Below, piece after piece: positions 1 to 11,327 of a stretch of 64,000 nucleotides of DNA. This DNA comes from Cyanobacteria bacterium LVE1205-1 (GTDB taxonomy: Bacteria > Cyanobacteriota > Cyanobacteriia > CAIUCS01), in contig CP089922.1 in assembly GCA_041879355.1 (NCBI GenBank), forward strand, positions 462,172 to 526,171, given 5' to 3'. The stretch's first letter is position 1; every line of letters begins with the position of its first letter. A program made the translations under genes and the position numbers. The notes below the pieces were generated by a model that was not told the DNA's origin, searched no databases, and saw nothing but the letters and a program-made list of their open reading frames with translations.

Positions 1-406
1 AGGCATGGCGATCTATGATACGATGCAGCAAATTCGACCTAACGTGGTTACCATTTGTTTTGGATTAGCCGCCAGCATGGGAGCCTTCCTATTGTCTGGG
101 GGAACCCCTGGAAAACGAATGTCCCTCCCCAGTTCTCGGATTATGATTCATCAACCCCTAGGTGGAGCCCAAGGTCAAGCAGTTGATATTGAAATCCAAG
201 CCAAGGAGATTTTATATCATAAGCAAAAATTAAATGAACTCTTGGCAACCCACACCCAGCAGCCACTCACCCGCATTGAAGCTGACACAGAGCGAGATTT
301 CTTCATGTCCGCCGAGGAAGCAAAGGAGTATGGTCTCATTGATCACGTTATCCACCGCCGCGAACTTTCTCCGTCGGTTAATGTTTTAGGAACAGCAACC
401 CATTAA
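1..406 (+). CDS. clpP: ATP-dependent Clp protease proteolytic subunit ClpP, C-terminal part (5' end outside window)
   Basis: ORF 5..406 is open to the window edge; translation has ClpP core motifs ([16 protein letters not shown]); clpX starts 10 bp downstream. Confidence 0.9.
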   Translation, partial: GMAIYDTMQQIRPNVVTICFGLAASMGAFLLSGGTPGKRMSLPSSRIMIHQPLGGAQGQAVDIEIQAKEILYHKQKLNELLATHTQQPLTRIEADTERDFFMSAEEAKEYGLIDHVIHRRELSPSVNVLGTATH

Positions 407-416
407 AGAGGTTTTC

Positions 417-1751
417 ATGTCCAGATATGATTCCCATCTCAAATGTTCCTTTTGCGGAAAGTCCCAGGAACAAGTACGGAAATTAATTGCGGGTCCAGGG
501 GTGTATATTTGTGACGAGTGTGTCGATTTATGCAATGAAATCCTAGACGAAGAATTCCTAGATTCAAACTCTACGGGTTCCCAATCTGATCCCCGCCGGG
601 ATCAACCTTCAGAACAACGTCAAACTCGGGCAACTTCTATTTCCATGAAGCAAGTCCCCAAGCCACGGGAAATAAAAAAATTTTTGGATGAACATGTGGT
701 GGGACAGGATGAAGCTAAAAAGATTTTATCAGTTGCAGTCTATAACCATTACAAGCGATTGACCCATCTTGAATCGAAGTCAACTGGACGGGCAGATGAA
801 ATCATTGTACTGCAAAAGTCTAATGTACTATTAATGGGTCCAACTGGATGTGGCAAAACCTTACTTGCTCAAACCTTAGCTGAATTATTAGATGTACCCT
901 TTGCCGTTGCCGATGCCACGACCCTAACCGAAGCCGGATATGTGGGAGAGGATGTGGAAAATATATTATTACGCCTGTTGCAAGTAGCGAACTTGAATGT
1001 GGAAGATGCCCAGAGGGGAATCATTTACATTGATGAGATTGATAAGATTGCTCGTAAGAGTGAAAATACTTCCATAACTAGGGATGTTTCAGGTGAAGGG
1101 GTGCAGCAAGCATTGCTGAAAATGTTGGAAGGCACGGTCGCCAATGTTCCTCCCCAAGGTGGACGGAAACATCCCTATCAAGACTGCATCCAAATTGATA
1201 CTTCTAATATTTTGTTTATTTGTGGTGGGGCATTTGTTGGCTTAGAAAAAGTAATAGAACAACGAGTTGGCAAAAAGTCCATTGGTTTTATCCAATCTGA
1301 TGGACAACCAAGGGAGAAACGGGCGGCTGATGTTCTTAAGCATACTGAACCCGATGATTTAGTTAAATTTGGTTTGATTCCGGAATTTATAGGACGGGTT
1401 CCCGTGACAGCTGTTATTGAGCCACTGGATGAGGACGCATTGGTTGCTATTCTCACTGAACCCCGCAGTGCCATCGTTAAACAATATCAAAAGTTACTAA
1501 AGATGGATAATGTTCAGTTGGATTTTCGTCCTGATGCCGTGCGAGCGATCGCCAAGGAGGCTTATCGTCGTAAAACCGGTGCCCGGGCATTACGGGGTAT
1601 TGTGGAAGAATTAATGTTGGATGTTATGTATGAGCTTCCTTCCCGTAAAGATGTAACCCGTTGTGTCGTCACCAAAGAAATGGTAGAAAACCGGTCAACG
1701 GCTGAACTATTAGTCCATCCAGCTTCATTACCCAAGCCGGAATCTGCCTAA
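417..1751 (+). CDS. clpX: ATP-dependent Clp protease ATP-binding subunit ClpX
   Basis: 444 aa; N-terminal zinc-binding CxxC...CxxC, Walker A GPTGCGKT, canonical clpP-clpX order. Confidence 0.95.
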   Translation: MSRYDSHLKCSFCGKSQEQVRKLIAGPGVYICDECVDLCNEILDEEFLDSNSTGSQSDPRRDQPSEQRQTRATSISMKQVPKPREIKKFLDEHVVGQDEAKKILSVAVYNHYKRLTHLESKSTGRADEIIVLQKSNVLLMGPTGCGKTLLAQTLAELLDVPFAVADATTLTEAGYVGEDVENILLRLLQVANLNVEDAQRGIIYIDEIDKIARKSENTSITRDVSGEGVQQALLKMLEGTVANVPPQGGRKHPYQDCIQIDTSNILFICGGAFVGLEKVIEQRVGKKSIGFIQSDGQPREKRAADVLKHTEPDDLVKFGLIPEFIGRVPVTAVIEPLDEDALVAILTEPRSAIVKQYQKLLKMDNVQLDFRPDAVRAIAKEAYRRKTGARALRGIVEELMLDVMYELPSRKDVTRCVVTKEMVENRSTAELLVHPASLPKPESA

Positions 1752-1780
1752 CGTTTTATTCCTTAACTATTGCTGAATCC

Positions 1781-2652
1781 ATGCCCTATTCTTCAGTTCG
1801 TGGAGTTGAACACTATTATCAATGGATTACCCAGTCCCAACTAAATGCCTCAGGGGAACACCATCCGACTGGCAAACCAATATTGGTTTTTGTACATGGG
1901 TGGGCTGGTTCTGCTCGCTACTGGGAAAGTACGGCGATCGCCCTTACCCATGAATTTGATTGTCTACTCTATGACCTAAGGGGGTTTGGACGCACCCGAT
2001 TACCCAAATCTCCCCATAGGGATCTTGACTATGAACTCCACACCTATGCCGATGACCTAGCTCTTTTACTAGACACCTTAGGGATTAACCAAATAACCAT
2101 CAATGCCCATTCTACTGGAGCATCCATTGCGGTTCTTTTTTAAACCGTTATTCCCATCGGGTAAACCGGGCAATTCTAACCTGTAATGGCATATTCCCTT
2201 ATGACCCAAAAGCCTTTTCTGCTTTCCACAAATTTGGCGGCTATGTGGTGAAATTTCGTCCCCATTGGCTATTAACTATTCCGTTTGTTGAACGATTATT
2301 TATGGCGCGGTTTCTCCACCAACCAATTCCACTTTCTCAACAACGAAATTTTTTAGAAGATTTTTTAATGGCTGATGATAATGCTGCTCTGGGTACAATT
2401 TATACTGCTGTAAGTCAAAGAGCAGCAGAAACAATGCCCCAAGAATTTACCCAAATTTCCATGCCTACCCTGTTGGTATGTGGAGAGTATGACCAGATTA
2501 TCCCAACTCCAATGGGACAACAGGCTGCCAACCTTAACCCAAACATCCAGTTTCAGGTATTGACAAAAACAGGTCATTTCCCCATGTTAGAAGACCCAGA
2601 AACCTACCTGCAACTCATTGATTCTTTTTTATCCCACCCAATACCAACTTGA
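1781..2652 (+). CDS. alpha/beta-fold hydrolase, split into two ORFs (1781..2143, 2245..2652) by an apparent frameshift at a T6 run near 2138
   Basis: N-terminal part has the HGWAGS nucleophile-elbow region, C-terminal part ends with the usual GHFPMLEDPE histidine region; the two halves lie in different frames. Confidence 0.7.
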
Positions 2653-2702
2653 CTCCAATGGGTGAACCAGATTCCCGATTTCCTAAGGAGTGGAATTGCT
2701 CC

Positions 2703-2828
2703 GAGAGTATCCCAATGTTGCAAGTTTGCCCTCATCCCCTAGCCCCTTCTTCCTTTTTGGGAGAAGGAGAACCGGATTTCAAGTCCCTCTCTCGTTTAGG
2801 GTGAGGGCTGTAAAATTGGGATGCACCC
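2703..2828. repeat. Dispersed short repeat family A, copy 1 (two conserved arms separated by a 64-bp insertion)
   Basis: Arms GAGAGTATCCCAATGTTGCAAGTTTGCCCTCA and GGGTGAGGGCTGTAAAATTGGGATGCACCC recur at 10233..10280 and 53738..53768; GCCCTCA/TGAGGGC is an inverted repeat. Confidence 0.7.
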
Positions 2829-2852
2829 GTAAAGGTTCATATGGTCTTTATT

Positions 2853-3514
2853 TTATTCTTCCCGTTGAGAAGAAATAGACAAAACTCTTCCGGGGATATG
2901 GCTAATTGTATCCACAACAGCAGAGGCAGCTGCTAAAATATCTCTTTCTTCTCCTCCCAGGTATAACCGTCCAAAACTTCCCACTGCCTGGATTTCTAAA
3001 ATATTAATGAGTGCTGCTTTCTCAGCTTGATTCGCAGCGAGTGCTGCATAGGCAGCCGGAGTTACTTCAAATACATAAAGGGTTTGTCCAGAAAGAAGCA
3101 TTTGTCCCCGACGGGTGCGATTAATTAATTGGGTATGGTGAGGATCAATATTGCGAATAATCTGGCTGGAGACAATGGAAGGCTTAAGTCCATCAGACCG
3201 TTTAACCCCTAATGATTCTAAAATTGCCCGACCTGCTGCCTGGGCTTCCCCTTGTTTGCTAGAATGTATCTCAAGTAAGCCATATAAACGTTCCACAACT
3301 TGCACCCCGGTCGCACTACCGCCGCCTTTAATGCAATATCCATGATTCGATTAATCTCTATACCCGGTGAAATTTCAATCCATAATGATGTATCGCCAGG
3401 TAGGGGTAAGAATCCCACACATACCGTTCCTAGGTAGGCTGCGTGCTGGGGTTGTAAATTATCTAAATAGACATAACTTCGTAGTTCTATACCCAAAACT
3501 AAACTCCCATCCAA
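2853..3514 (-). CDS. ccmP: Tandem BMC-domain carboxysome shell protein, CcmP-like; frameshift near 3305 at a G run
   Basis: Two overlapping minus-strand ORFs (3218..3514, 2853..3305) that join as ...AAVVRPG|VQVVERLYG... if one G is added; both halves show BMC-like motifs ([27 protein letters not shown]). Confidence 0.55.
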
Positions 3515-3669
3515 ACCAATTGGATAGATTTTACCATTGGTTCAGCAACAACCAATGACAGAGAGTCCAATTCTTAGATTGATTTTCCATTTGGTTTTCA
3601 GTAGTGAAGCTGGAATCTGAAACATGAACTTTAACGAGTTGTATGGGACAGTAGGCAGGAATCATGCCC

Positions 3670-4870
3670 CTACACCCCATCCCACGAAAACCCAAAAACT
3701 CCTAACTTCTCTCGTAATAACTGTCCTTCCGGTGACCGCTGAGTTTCATATAAACTAATGGCCTGCTTGAAAGCCAAAAAACTATCTCTAACCTTACCTT
3801 GTTTAAAAGAACAACCCCCAGGTTTTGGTAAGCTTCAGCATATTCAGGCTGTAGGGCGATCGCCTTACGATACTGGACTATCGACTCAGGGAGTAGCCCC
3901 ATAGCTTTAAGAGCAGCCCCCAAATTAAAATAACCCACTGCAAAATCCGGTGCAATGGCAACCACCTTTTCATACAACATACAAGCTTCAGGCAAATCTC
4001 CCTTCCCCTGAAGTAAATTAGCCCAGTTATGGAGGGATCCTAACCGTAGGCGGGGGGAATCGGTTGTTTCCAAGCCATCTGGTAGTGAAATAAGGCTGAA
4101 TCAAATTGGTTTAATTCACTGTAGAAGGTGCCCAAATGAAAATGTAATTCATACTGAACAGCAGAATCAGCAACGGAAACCAATTCCAGCCCCCGATGTA
4201 ACAATCCTAATCCCCTTTCCCGATTTCCTATTTCCCAGCATAAGGCTCCAAATTTACTGTAGAGATAAGCATCATTGGGGTTATCGATTAAAGCCTGTTC
4301 TAAAATATCCTTTGCCCGATTAAACTTATCCTTACGATTGATGCGTTCGGGTTCATAACCTTTATGAAGTAAAGCAACGTCCTGAATGCAGCCCACCCGC
4401 CAGTGGGACTCCTGGTTCAAAATCACTTGAATGCTATCATCTACCAGTTCATGGTAGGGTCGATGAAAAAATATATCAGTTCTGTTGCGGAATAGCCGTG
4501 ACACTAGAGAATAGGGACTTTGATGGGAACCCAATTCATGGCGGAGTAAGTTGATCAGCAGGTAATCATCTTGTTGCATAGCCTGACGCAGTACCGGAAT
4601 CATATCAGGCACCACCACTTCATCGGCATCAAGTACTAATATCCAATCCCCTTTTGCATAACTGAGGGAGTGGTTACGGGCAGCGGCAAAGTCAGACCGC
4701 CAAGGGTAGGAATAAACCTGTACACCCCATTGTTGACCAATTTCAATGGTGGCATCAGTGGAACCCGTATCCACCAGTATCACTTCATCCGCTAACCCTT
4801 GAACGCTGGATAAACAACCAGGAAGTAACTCCGCCTCGTTTTTAACAATCATACATAGGCTTAGCTGCAT
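3670..4870 (-). CDS. Family 2 glycosyltransferase with C-terminal TPR repeats; frameshift at G6 run near 4045 and probably another near 3795, so the 3' end is uncertain
   Basis: N-terminus has GT2 motifs (CMIVKNEAELL, VDTGSTD, LDADE); downstream frames encode TPR repeats. Confidence 0.65.
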
Positions 4871-5001
4871 TTTCTGACCAGTTCTCCGATGTAATGGTTT
4901 CCTACCCCCTCAAGGCATCAGATCTTATGTAAGGTGGTATTCAGCTATCCCTGCTTTCCGTTAACGAGAACCAAGAAGACTACTGGCACCAACCAAGATG
5001 C

Positions 5002-5619
5002 TTATTTTAGAAACGTCGAAACTAACCAGACGATCAACAATGTCATCAGGGCGATAAAGTTATCTGGATTGAAATACATAGGATGTGGAACCAGTCCACT
5101 GAGTAAACTCCCCAAGGTTAAGCCTAAAATTAACCCTCCCAGGGACAAAAGAACTGACCTGCCGAATTTATTTTCTTTACGGTTCAAAAAGTAAAGGCTA
5201 CAACCACACCCCAAAGCCATGATTAATGGCAATAAAGTAGGATTTCCAGGTAGTAGGGTGAAGACTGATAAGGGTAAAAAGACACCTACAGATGCCAATA
5301 CTTCCTGCCGACTAGGATTATCAAGACAACGAACTAACCAGGCTGGGGATTTGGCATCTACTACAACCAATGGCTTGGTCATCGTCTGAATGGCTTGTTC
5401 AGGAAACCGAATACCGTCAGGAATCTTGATTTTCCCGGTTTGTCGCAGGCGGAGACGATCCATTAATACTGCATCATAAGCTGCTTCAATACTTTCTAAA
5501 ATTTGAGGATCGCCGCTATATTGTATAAACAGACGAGCCTTCGCTTGCTGAATTTCTTCAAAAGAAGCATCCTCGGCGACTCCGAGTTGCGTATAAGGGT
5601 TGAGTTGAGTCATTGACAT
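5002..5619 (-). CDS. CPP1-like J-like-domain membrane protein
   Basis: 205 aa; N-terminal J-like segment (NPYTQLGV...EEIQQAKARL) without HPD, hydrophobic C-terminal half. Confidence 0.45.
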   Translation of the reverse strand: MSMTQLNPYTQLGVAEDASFEEIQQAKARLFIQYSGDPQILESIEAAYDAVLMDRLRLRQTGKIKIPDGIRFPEQAIQTMTKPLVVVDAKSPAWLVRCLDNPSRQEVLASVGVFLPLSVFTLLPGNPTLLPLIMALGCGCSLYFLNRKENKFGRSVLLSLGGLILGLTLGSLLSGLVPHPMYFNPDNFIALMTLLIVWLVSTFLK

Positions 5620-6184
5620 AACCTCCCAGAGTTTCCCTATCCCTACTTATTAAGTATAAACCTAAGCCATTCCCGACTAAAAAAAGGGGGCTATATTCTG
5701 GCAGCCTAAACTAGGTCTGTTGAGCAACGAATTCGCCATGAATAGGATTACTTCATTCATGCTCCCTGATAAGGGGTGATTTGTTTGGTTCTTCCTAAGG
5801 AATACAAACCATACAATAGATGATTCGTAGCCCGATGCCAGAGGAGACAGTTTAATTCATGGTACAAAATAAATGAACTTCCGTTTGATTTGCTGTATAA
5901 AACTTTATTATAACGTGTTTATTATAAGCCGTATCCCAACGCCTTAAATTTTCAAACCATTACTCCGTCTAGTTTTAGCAAGGTTCCCTATGGCGATTAA
6001 ATTATTAAACGTTAATACTAACCGTCCATAACCGTTACACTCCCTCTGGTAAAGCGGGTTGCGGGCTATGCCCGATGGTTGTTTTCCCTTAGGGGAGAGT
6101 GAACAGTTGGATCCGTCTATTTCCCACCAGATTAAATTTGAACTGTTGTTTGGTACCCTCAAGGTGCCCTAACGACCAACAAGA

Positions 6185-7606
6185 ATGGTTACCAATTTTT
6201 CATCCATGAGTACTGAAAAGTTTCGTCATCAATTACGCCAGGAATCTCAAACTTGGCTCCAGGAAGGTTTAATCGATACTCGTTTTCATCAGTTACTTAC
6301 GGAACGTTACCAATTTAATGAATTAGAGGGAGATGCCAATAACCGTTTTCTTTCCATTCTCATAGGGTTAGGCGGGGTTCTCCTTGGCTTGGGGGTATTG
6401 ACATTTGTTGCTGCGAATTGGCAAGGTTGGTCCCGCCTACTCCGCGTCTTATTGTTATTCAGTTTATTTGTGGGGGTCAATGTCAGTGGGTTTTATCTAT
6501 GGCGATCGCCGAAACGAATTGTTCGGCGGTATGGTTTAGGGTTATTACTGCTAGGAGGGGTGGTTTTAGGAGCCAATTTGGGGCTTTTATCTCAGATGTA
6601 CCATCAATCCGGATCCATTGCCCATCTGTTTGGGTTTTGGGGGCTGGGTGTCTTAGGGATGTCCTATGGATTACGTCTCCCTTCCCTAGGGGTATTTGGT
6701 TTGATTTTAGTTAATTTAGCCTACTGGAGTTCTCAACCGTGGAGTTCTATTTCAGATGAAAGTTTTACTGGTTGGCTCCTCCACGGACTCCCCTTACTCA
6801 TTGCAGCGGGTCTTCTCCCATTAGTCTATTGGTGCCGTTCCTCCACGGTTTTTGGTCTAATTGCCATCACTTTCGCCACCACATTTCTCACCACTCCCCG
6901 TCCGGTTCACCCATGGCTCACCATTGCCATCACGTTACCACCCGCATTACTATGGGTCTATTCGTCCCATCCCCACTGGCGTGGTTGGTTCCGCAAATCA
7001 TCCCATCCAATGGCTGATCCATACCAAGAAATTGCACGATGGGTCACTATTTGGTTTATTTGTTTACTATACTATGGATTTTCCTTCCATTGGGTGTGGG
7101 CATCCAATGGCGTGTCCAATCCTATATTAACCGAGTCTATCAGTCCGGTATTTGGAGTATGGAGTTGGTTTAATGTCTTTATATGCTTTGTATTTACCCT
7201 GTTAGGATGGATATCCTTGGGTTTAAAGCACCTTACTTCCCGTCAATTACCGGTTCAATTTATCAACAGCGGTTTGATTTTAGGTTGTTTAATCACCACT
7301 GCCACGATTTCTGTCTGGCATACCACAATCAATCCCCTTCCCGTCCTCGCACCCTTGGCATTTAATGTTCTACTGGCTTTAATGGCGATCGCTCTTATCC
7401 GTGACGCCTTATTGTTTAGTGAACGTCCCCGATTTTGGGGAGGTATGGTTTTATTAATCATGATCATCCTCAGCCGGATGGTGGAATATAATACTGACCT
7501 GATTCTCAAGTCCATCGTCTTCATTCTTTGTGGGCTGGGAATGATGGCAGCTGGTTGGTGGTTTGAGCAAACCCTCATCAAAACTAAACCAAAATCCGTC
7601 TCTTAA
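6185..7606 (+). CDS. Polytopic membrane protein, DUF2157/DUF4401-like
   Basis: 473 aa, many predicted transmembrane helices; immediately upstream of a GDYXXLXY-like gene. Confidence 0.5.
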   Translation: MVTNFSSMSTEKFRHQLRQESQTWLQEGLIDTRFHQLLTERYQFNELEGDANNRFLSILIGLGGVLLGLGVLTFVAANWQGWSRLLRVLLLFSLFVGVNVSGFYLWRSPKRIVRRYGLGLLLLGGVVLGANLGLLSQMYHQSGSIAHLFGFWGLGVLGMSYGLRLPSLGVFGLILVNLAYWSSQPWSSISDESFTGWLLHGLPLLIAAGLLPLVYWCRSSTVFGLIAITFATTFLTTPRPVHPWLTIAITLPPALLWVYSSHPHWRGWFRKSSHPMADPYQEIARWVTIWFICLLYYGFSFHWVWASNGVSNPILTESISPVFGVWSWFNVFICFVFTLLGWISLGLKHLTSRQLPVQFINSGLILGCLITTATISVWHTTINPLPVLAPLAFNVLLALMAIALIRDALLFSERPRFWGGMVLLIMIILSRMVEYNTDLILKSIVFILCGLGMMAAGWWFEQTLIKTKPKSVS

Positions 7607-7652
7607 ACTCCCTACCCAATCGTTCCCATGACTGACCCAACTTCACCGTCTA

Positions 7653-8282
7653 TTGTACACCCGCCCTCCCCCTCCCCATCCTCCTAAAGTCCACCAACAG
7701 GGAGAGGAAAGGTCTATCCCCCCGTGGCGATTTTTCATGCCCCTAGTACTTCAGAGTTTCTTAGTTTTGCTGATTCCGGTTCAAAATGCCTATACGGTGA
7801 CATTTGGGCGAACGGTCATTTTACAAACCGTACCCGTGGATCCCTATGATGTACTTAGGGGTTACTACCAGGTACTCAGTTACGATATTTCAATGGTGGA
7901 GCAATTACAGAAATTGCCTGGTGCTGGCTCCTGGCTGACAACACCTCGACCTAAACCAACGAACATCTATGTCATATTAGAAGAGGTTCCCACATCTATC
8001 CAACCACCCTATCCATGGAAGCCCATTGCCATCAGCCCGTCATACCCGGTTAACCTTGCGTTCAACCAGGTGGCTTTGGCGGGTTTTATCCAGGATGGGC
8101 AGGTAACCTATGGGGTGGAACAGTACTATATCCCCGCTGATCAACGGGACGAAATCAATAAAACCATCAATGATACCCAACAACGAAACCCCCAAGCTTT
8201 GGTGATGGAAGTCAAGGTGGATGGGAGGGGAAAGGGAGTCCCAGTTCGTTTATGGATTGGCGATCGCTACTATCAATTTTGA
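7653..8282 (+). CDS. GDYXXLXY-domain protein (alternative start at 7737)
   Basis: Motif PVDPYDVLRGYYQVLSY matches the GDYxxLxY signature; hydrophobic N-terminus from MPLVLQSFLVLL. Confidence 0.5.
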   Translation: MYTRPPPPHPPKVHQQGEERSIPPWRFFMPLVLQSFLVLLIPVQNAYTVTFGRTVILQTVPVDPYDVLRGYYQVLSYDISMVEQLQKLPGAGSWLTTPRPKPTNIYVILEEVPTSIQPPYPWKPIAISPSYPVNLAFNQVALAGFIQDGQVTYGVEQYYIPADQRDEINKTINDTQQRNPQALVMEVKVDGRGKGVPVRLWIGDRYYQF

Positions 8283-8434
8283 GGAAGGGGCTATTATTGG
8301 GGGTTGAACTGTATGCCCATTGCAACACCGGGATACTTTCGGATGGTTGACAATAGATTGCCCTCAACATAGTTGGGGAATAATTGACTTAAAATTAGAC
8401 TATTGTACGAATCAATTGTTATTTAGGTAAGCGG

Positions 8435-9411
8435 ATGGGAATTATCAACTGGCTGAGCAACCCGGTTCACACATTGCCAAAAGTGGGCTTTAGAGTCTTT
8501 TCGATTTCGTGTTTAGTGGCAGGGTGGAACGGGGTTCCATCCCTAGCAGAACCTCCCCATGCTTCTATTGTTAGCTCTGTCAGTCCAAACACCCCTTTAC
8601 CATTGGAGCCAACATCTGCCCAATCCAATGGAATGAATTCCTCTGTTAATGTCCAAGTCCTTAATTCTTTCTCGTTCCCCACCCATCTTACAGTTCCGTC
8701 TTTTGCTCAATCCTTGGAAACAACGCCTCAACATGGAGAGAAATCTGGGGTTTTCTCGGGCTTGAGTGACATCTCTGTAACCACCCTTCCCCTTCAACTA
8801 GCCCAGTCTAAAATTGACGTACCTGCCCAAGTGGTAGAACACAGTCCAGTGTTACAGCGTTGGCAGCAAAAAACACCCAATGTTTTAGAGGAGATTGACT
8901 GGGATCCGGCTTTTCGCCCTAGGGTCAGATTTGGTTATACTTATTTCCCCAATGCCCATGACCTAGATGGATGGTCCTTGGGCATTGAAGATGTTTTTAT
9001 TGCCCGTACTCCCTTAACGGTGAGTACCGATTACAACGAAACATTTGATGGACGCCAGACGGGGGGCGGGGTGGATTTAAGATACTATTTTCTACCGTTG
9101 GGATGGTATGGGAATGTAGCCCCCACCATTGGGTATCGCAGCATCAGTACCCCCACTTATTCCACCGAAGGACTGAATCTGGGTTTACGGTTTATGTTAG
9201 CCCTATCCCGGGAGGGGCTGCAGACCTATCTATTAGCCAAAACTGGGTAGGGGTTGCCACTGATAATGAGGTTGGTGTATTTACATTTTCAGTCGGATAT
9301 GCCCTCACCCGTCAAGTGAGACTTTCGGCAGATTTACAAGAACAAAGTTCTAAACTACGGCAGGATACTCGTCTGGGAATTATGGTGGAATGGCTACCTT
9401 CCTTAGACTAA
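8435..9411 (+). CDS. Hypothetical secreted protein; two ORFs (8435..9250, 9103..9411) probably joined by a frameshift
   Basis: Hydrophobic N-terminal signal-like segment, Ser/Thr/Pro-rich linker, second frame continues without intervening stop; no family recognised. Confidence 0.35.
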
Positions 9412-10175
9412 TCTACCAGGGTTAGCCCTATTAGGAGTAATGATTCTGTCCATTCTACCACCGCTCCGTAGGTATCCCCAGTATGTCCTCCTAGTTGATG
9501 GTTAAACCACGCCCCAATTATATAAGCTATTCCCGGACCTAGTATCATTAGTCCCAGTGCCAATGACACTCCTAGCCACCATTGGGATCCATGAATGAGA
9601 AGGGTCATGCCGCTCAATAATAGTAGTATTAACCCACTGGGTATGGTATCCCTGAAGGAATTAACGGCATGGTGATGGAAGGCTCCCTTACCTGTAGGTT
9701 TTAGGTACGGATAGCGGGCGATCGCCACCATTTGTCCCCATCTACTCCAGCCCATAACCAATACCAAAATTAACCACCGAGATTGGTTGAGGTCATTTAA
9801 TGCGGATGTTTTAAGTAATAAAATAATAATTGCACTCATAGCTCCAAATGCTCCCGTAGCACTATCTGCCATCACAGCTAATCGTCTGGAGGGGTCTTGT
9901 ACCGCCAACCCATCGGCTGCATCCATTGCTCCGTCTAAGTGCAACCCCCCAGTAAGCCCTACCCATACTGCCACAACTAAACTACTCCTGGGCAAAGACG
10001 ACATTCCCAACCAACTGAGTCCAAAATCCAGACTAGTTAGAATACTGCCTAAAACCAGTCCCACTGCCACCACCCATCGCGCCGCCCACCGAAAATCTTT
10101 ACACCATCTAAGGGGCATGGGAAGGGTGCTATAGAAGGCGATCGCTGCGATAAATTCATGGAAAATCTGGGACAT
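9408..10175 (-). CDS. cobS: Adenosylcobinamide-GDP ribazoletransferase (cobalamin synthase) CobS
   Basis: Conserved GGHTGDTYGA motif, multi-pass membrane protein; start placed at internal Met (10175) because the ORF-track N-terminal extension is atypical. Confidence 0.7.
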   Translation of the reverse strand: MSQIFHEFIAAIAFYSTLPMPLRWCKDFRWAARWVVAVGLVLGSILTSLDFGLSWLGMSSLPRSSLVVAVWVGLTGGLHLDGAMDAADGLAVQDPSRRLAVMADSATGAFGAMSAIIILLLKTSALNDLNQSRWLILVLVMGWSRWGQMVAIARYPYLKPTGKGAFHHHAVNSFRDTIPSGLILLLLSGMTLLIHGSQWWLGVSLALGLMILGPGIAYIIGAWFNHQLGGHTGDTYGAVVEWTESLLLIGLTLVD

Positions 10176-10232
10176 ATTTGGAATGGAGAAAGAGCTGATA
10201 ATAATGAGTCTCAATGGCAGTTGATGATTGAC

Positions 10233-10280
10233 GAGAGTATCCCCATGTTGTACATTTGCCCTCAAAATTGGGATGCACCC
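10233..10280. repeat. Dispersed short repeat family A, compact 48-bp copy
   Basis: GAGAGTATCCCCATGTTGTACATTTGCCCTCAAAATTGGGATGCACCC; both arms of copy 1 are contiguous here. Confidence 0.7.
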
Positions 10281-10297
10281 TGATTGACAGAGGTCTG

Positions 10298-11293
10298 TCA
10301 AATCCGATTTAGTGCATCCAACACCGCGCCATGGATGGCACGGTTGCAAGCCACAATTCCAGAATTATTGACTAACTTGGAGCTACACCCAAAGTCCAAC
10401 CGGTTTCCCCGTGCATCAGTTACAATTCCTCCAGCTTCTTCAACAACGATGGCTCCAGCAGCATGATCCCAGATATTTTCCCGATAGTTGGGTTCTTTTT
10501 TCCAAATTAATCTGGTGTAGAGGGCGGCCTCTCCACAGGCGACAGCCCCATATTTTACCTGACTGTCTAACTGTAAAGGGGGTTCCCCCAGCCCAACTGC
10601 CTTAGCCAGTGCCCGTTGTCGTGGTAAATCACCATGCTCTGTTTCAATACTTTCTGTCAGTCGTAGTATAACTCCTTGCAAATCAGCGGATGCTCCAACC
10701 GGATAGGTTTGATGATCAGTTAGGGTGAATACCCGGGTACCTTGCCCACGGACAGCCACAAAAATAACCCCATGGACTATCCCTAGTCTGGGACTGACAG
10801 GGTGGGGGATGGAGAGTGCCGGACAACCCAATATGCCAACTTTAACTTCTCCTCCCTCTATCAACGCTAAAGCGATGGCATATTGGTCACCCCGAAGGTA
10901 GCCCTTGGTTCCGTCGATTGGGTCTAACGTCCAATATCGTTCCTGTACTTGGGCTCGTCCCAAATTAATGGATTCAACCACGGTAGATGGAGCAATACTT
11001 GGAAATACCAATTGCACATAGTTCGTTACCTGTTGCCAGTGTTCTGCCATTTCCGGTTGGAGCAATAAAGCCCCGCTTTCTTCTCCCACAATAGGGTCAT
11101 CGGGAAAATGGTCATGGATAATCTGACAAATCACAGCTTGAGCCGCAAAATCAGCGATAGTGACTGGACTGCTATCTGGTTTGGTAATTGCTTGTCCTGG
11201 TCGTTCCATTCGTACTCTTTCACAAATAGTCACCGCTGACTTTACGGCGGATAGGGCAATGGTTTGTTCTAAATCGTAGGAGAGGGGTGACAT
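10298..11293 (-). CDS. Inositol monophosphatase family protein, likely 3'(2'),5'-bisphosphate nucleotidase (CysQ/HAL2-like)
   Basis: 331 aa; motifs EESG, WTLDPIDGTKGY and a later GG..DAR region typical of the IMPase superfamily. Confidence 0.7.
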   Translation of the reverse strand: MSPLSYDLEQTIALSAVKSAVTICERVRMERPGQAITKPDSSPVTIADFAAQAVICQIIHDHFPDDPIVGEESGALLLQPEMAEHWQQVTNYVQLVFPSIAPSTVVESINLGRAQVQERYWTLDPIDGTKGYLRGDQYAIALALIEGGEVKVGILGCPALSIPHPVSPRLGIVHGVIFVAVRGQGTRVFTLTDHQTYPVGASADLQGVILRLTESIETEHGDLPRQRALAKAVGLGEPPLQLDSQVKYGAVACGEAALYTRLIWKKEPNYRENIWDHAAGAIVVEEAGGIVTDARGNRLDFGCSSKLVNNSGIVACNRAIHGAVLDALNRI

Positions 11294-11327
11294 AGGAAGG
11301 ATTAGCAGTGTTTTTAGGGTGGATAGT

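Noticed and set aside
1178-1474. 98-aa minus-strand ORF
   Set aside because: Lies entirely antisense within clpX; Ser/Thr-rich low-complexity translation
2690-2878. 62-aa plus-strand ORF
   Set aside because: Is a translation of dispersed repeat family A and overlaps the 3' end of the CcmP-like gene; not protein-like
6418-7130. Several 80-100-aa plus-strand ORFs in alternate frames
   Set aside because: All lie inside the 473-aa membrane protein gene in other frames; His/Pro-rich artefacts
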